Origin: an uncultured Gemmatimonadaceae bacterium
Lineage (GTDB): Bacteria > Gemmatimonadota > Gemmatimonadetes > Gemmatimonadales > Gemmatimonadaceae
Reading direction: 5' to 3'
DNA: 64,000 bases
Assembly (NCBI GenBank): GCA_963781585.1
Contig: CAWAGQ010000011.1
Location: forward strand, 192,001 to 256,000
Shown here: positions 63,199-64,000 of the stretch, piece after piece
Layout: each line of letters opens with the position of its first letter
Position numbering within the stretch: the stretch's first letter is position 1
Notes under the pieces: generated by a model
Seen by the model: the letters and a program-made list of their open reading frames with translations, nothing else
Told to the model about the DNA's origin: nothing
Databases searched by the model: none
Made by a program: the position numbers and the translations under genes

Positions 63199-63505
63199 TG
63201 AATGTGACTCCTTCGATGTGTCGCGCAGGGGGCGGAGAATGGGCGCGCGGAGCGCAGACGGAACTCACTCCCCCGGTCGGTGAAGCCCGGCGTTGCGGGG
63301 CTTCGACCGACGGACTGGTCCGTCCGCCGCTCGTTAGCTTACTCGGCGGTGCAGCGAGCGGCCAGACGGAATGGGCTATGGGGATTTCCGTCGGGATTGC
63401 GCCGGCACATGACGACAGAACTCAGGCTCGCCGGGTAGCCTCGACGGGACCAAAAGCCCACGCGCCGCATCCGCGTGTGGGCCAGGATCGAGTATTTTCG
63501 GCGCG

Positions 63506-64000
63506 CTACTCGGATCTGATCGCGATGACCGGATCAATCGCCGCGGCGCGCCGCGCGGGGATCCAGCTGGCCGCGAGCGCCGCGGCCGCAAGGAGCCCGG
63601 CGGCGGCGCCGAACGCCACGATGTCGGTCGCCGGAATGCCGTAGAGCAGACTGGCCAGCAAACGCGTGATGGCGATCGCGCCAGCCGCTCCAACGGCAAC
63701 ACCGATGCCCGCGAGCACGGCGCCCTGACGAAGGACGAGGCCCAGCACCTGGCCGCGCTGGGCACCGAGGGCGACGCGCACGCCGATCTCGCGTGTGCGT
63801 TGCGCCACGCTGAACGCCACGACGCCATAGATCCCGAGCAGCGCGAGCAGCAGTGCGACCGAGCCGAGTGTGGCGGCGACCCAGAGTGCGATGCGCTGCG
63901 GGAAGAGCGACGTCGCGATCTGGTCCTCCATGGTGCGCTGATCGAGGATCGGGAGCGCGGGATCGAGCTCGCCCACCAGGCGCTTGATCGCTCCGGCGAT
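63506..64000 (-). CDS. ADOP-type ABC permease, 3' part (truncated by window edge)
   Basis: 'GIYGVVAFSVAQRTREIGVRVALGA', 'PARRAAAIDP'. Confidence 0.9.
   Translation of the reverse strand: MAGAIKRLVGELDPALPILDQRTMEDQIATSLFPQRIALWVAATLGSVALLLALLGIYGVVAFSVAQRTREIGVRVALGAQRGQVLGLVLRQGAVLAGIGVAVGAAGAIAITRLLASLLYGIPATDIVAFGAAAGLLAAAALAASWIPARRAAAIDPVIAIRSE

Overview
High-GC bacterial DNA. The gene families (ADOP-type duplicated ABC permeases with PadR, kinase-TM-TPR proteins, HEAT-repeat ECF operon, RGG-rich M14 peptidase) suggest Gemmatimonadota; this is an inference. Positions 1-32 kb look like core chromosome: a TolC-EmrA-EmrB efflux operon, YbaK, permease, two Ser/Thr kinases, aminotransferase, MarR-YceI, a tandem M42 peptidase, an HTH regulator/Rieske reductase/folE operon, msrA, DsbA, an ECF sigma operon, ArsR-SRPBCC and tRNA-Asn. 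From the tRNA to the end is a mosaic accessory region. It holds IS21, IS5, IS3 and IS256 elements or remnants, an S1 protease split by two ISs, three toxin-antitoxin-like pairs, and duplicated or orphan gene 3' ends that bracket cargo DNA. The most striking signal is the non-palindromic octamer CGTTAGGC/GCCTAACG. I counted 23 exact copies by eye, on both strands. Most force the rare TTA codon into genes, and three sit about 50 bp inside IS ends. It is a candidate DNA-uptake sequence or host-factor binding site. All coordinates and counts were done by hand; no database searches were run.
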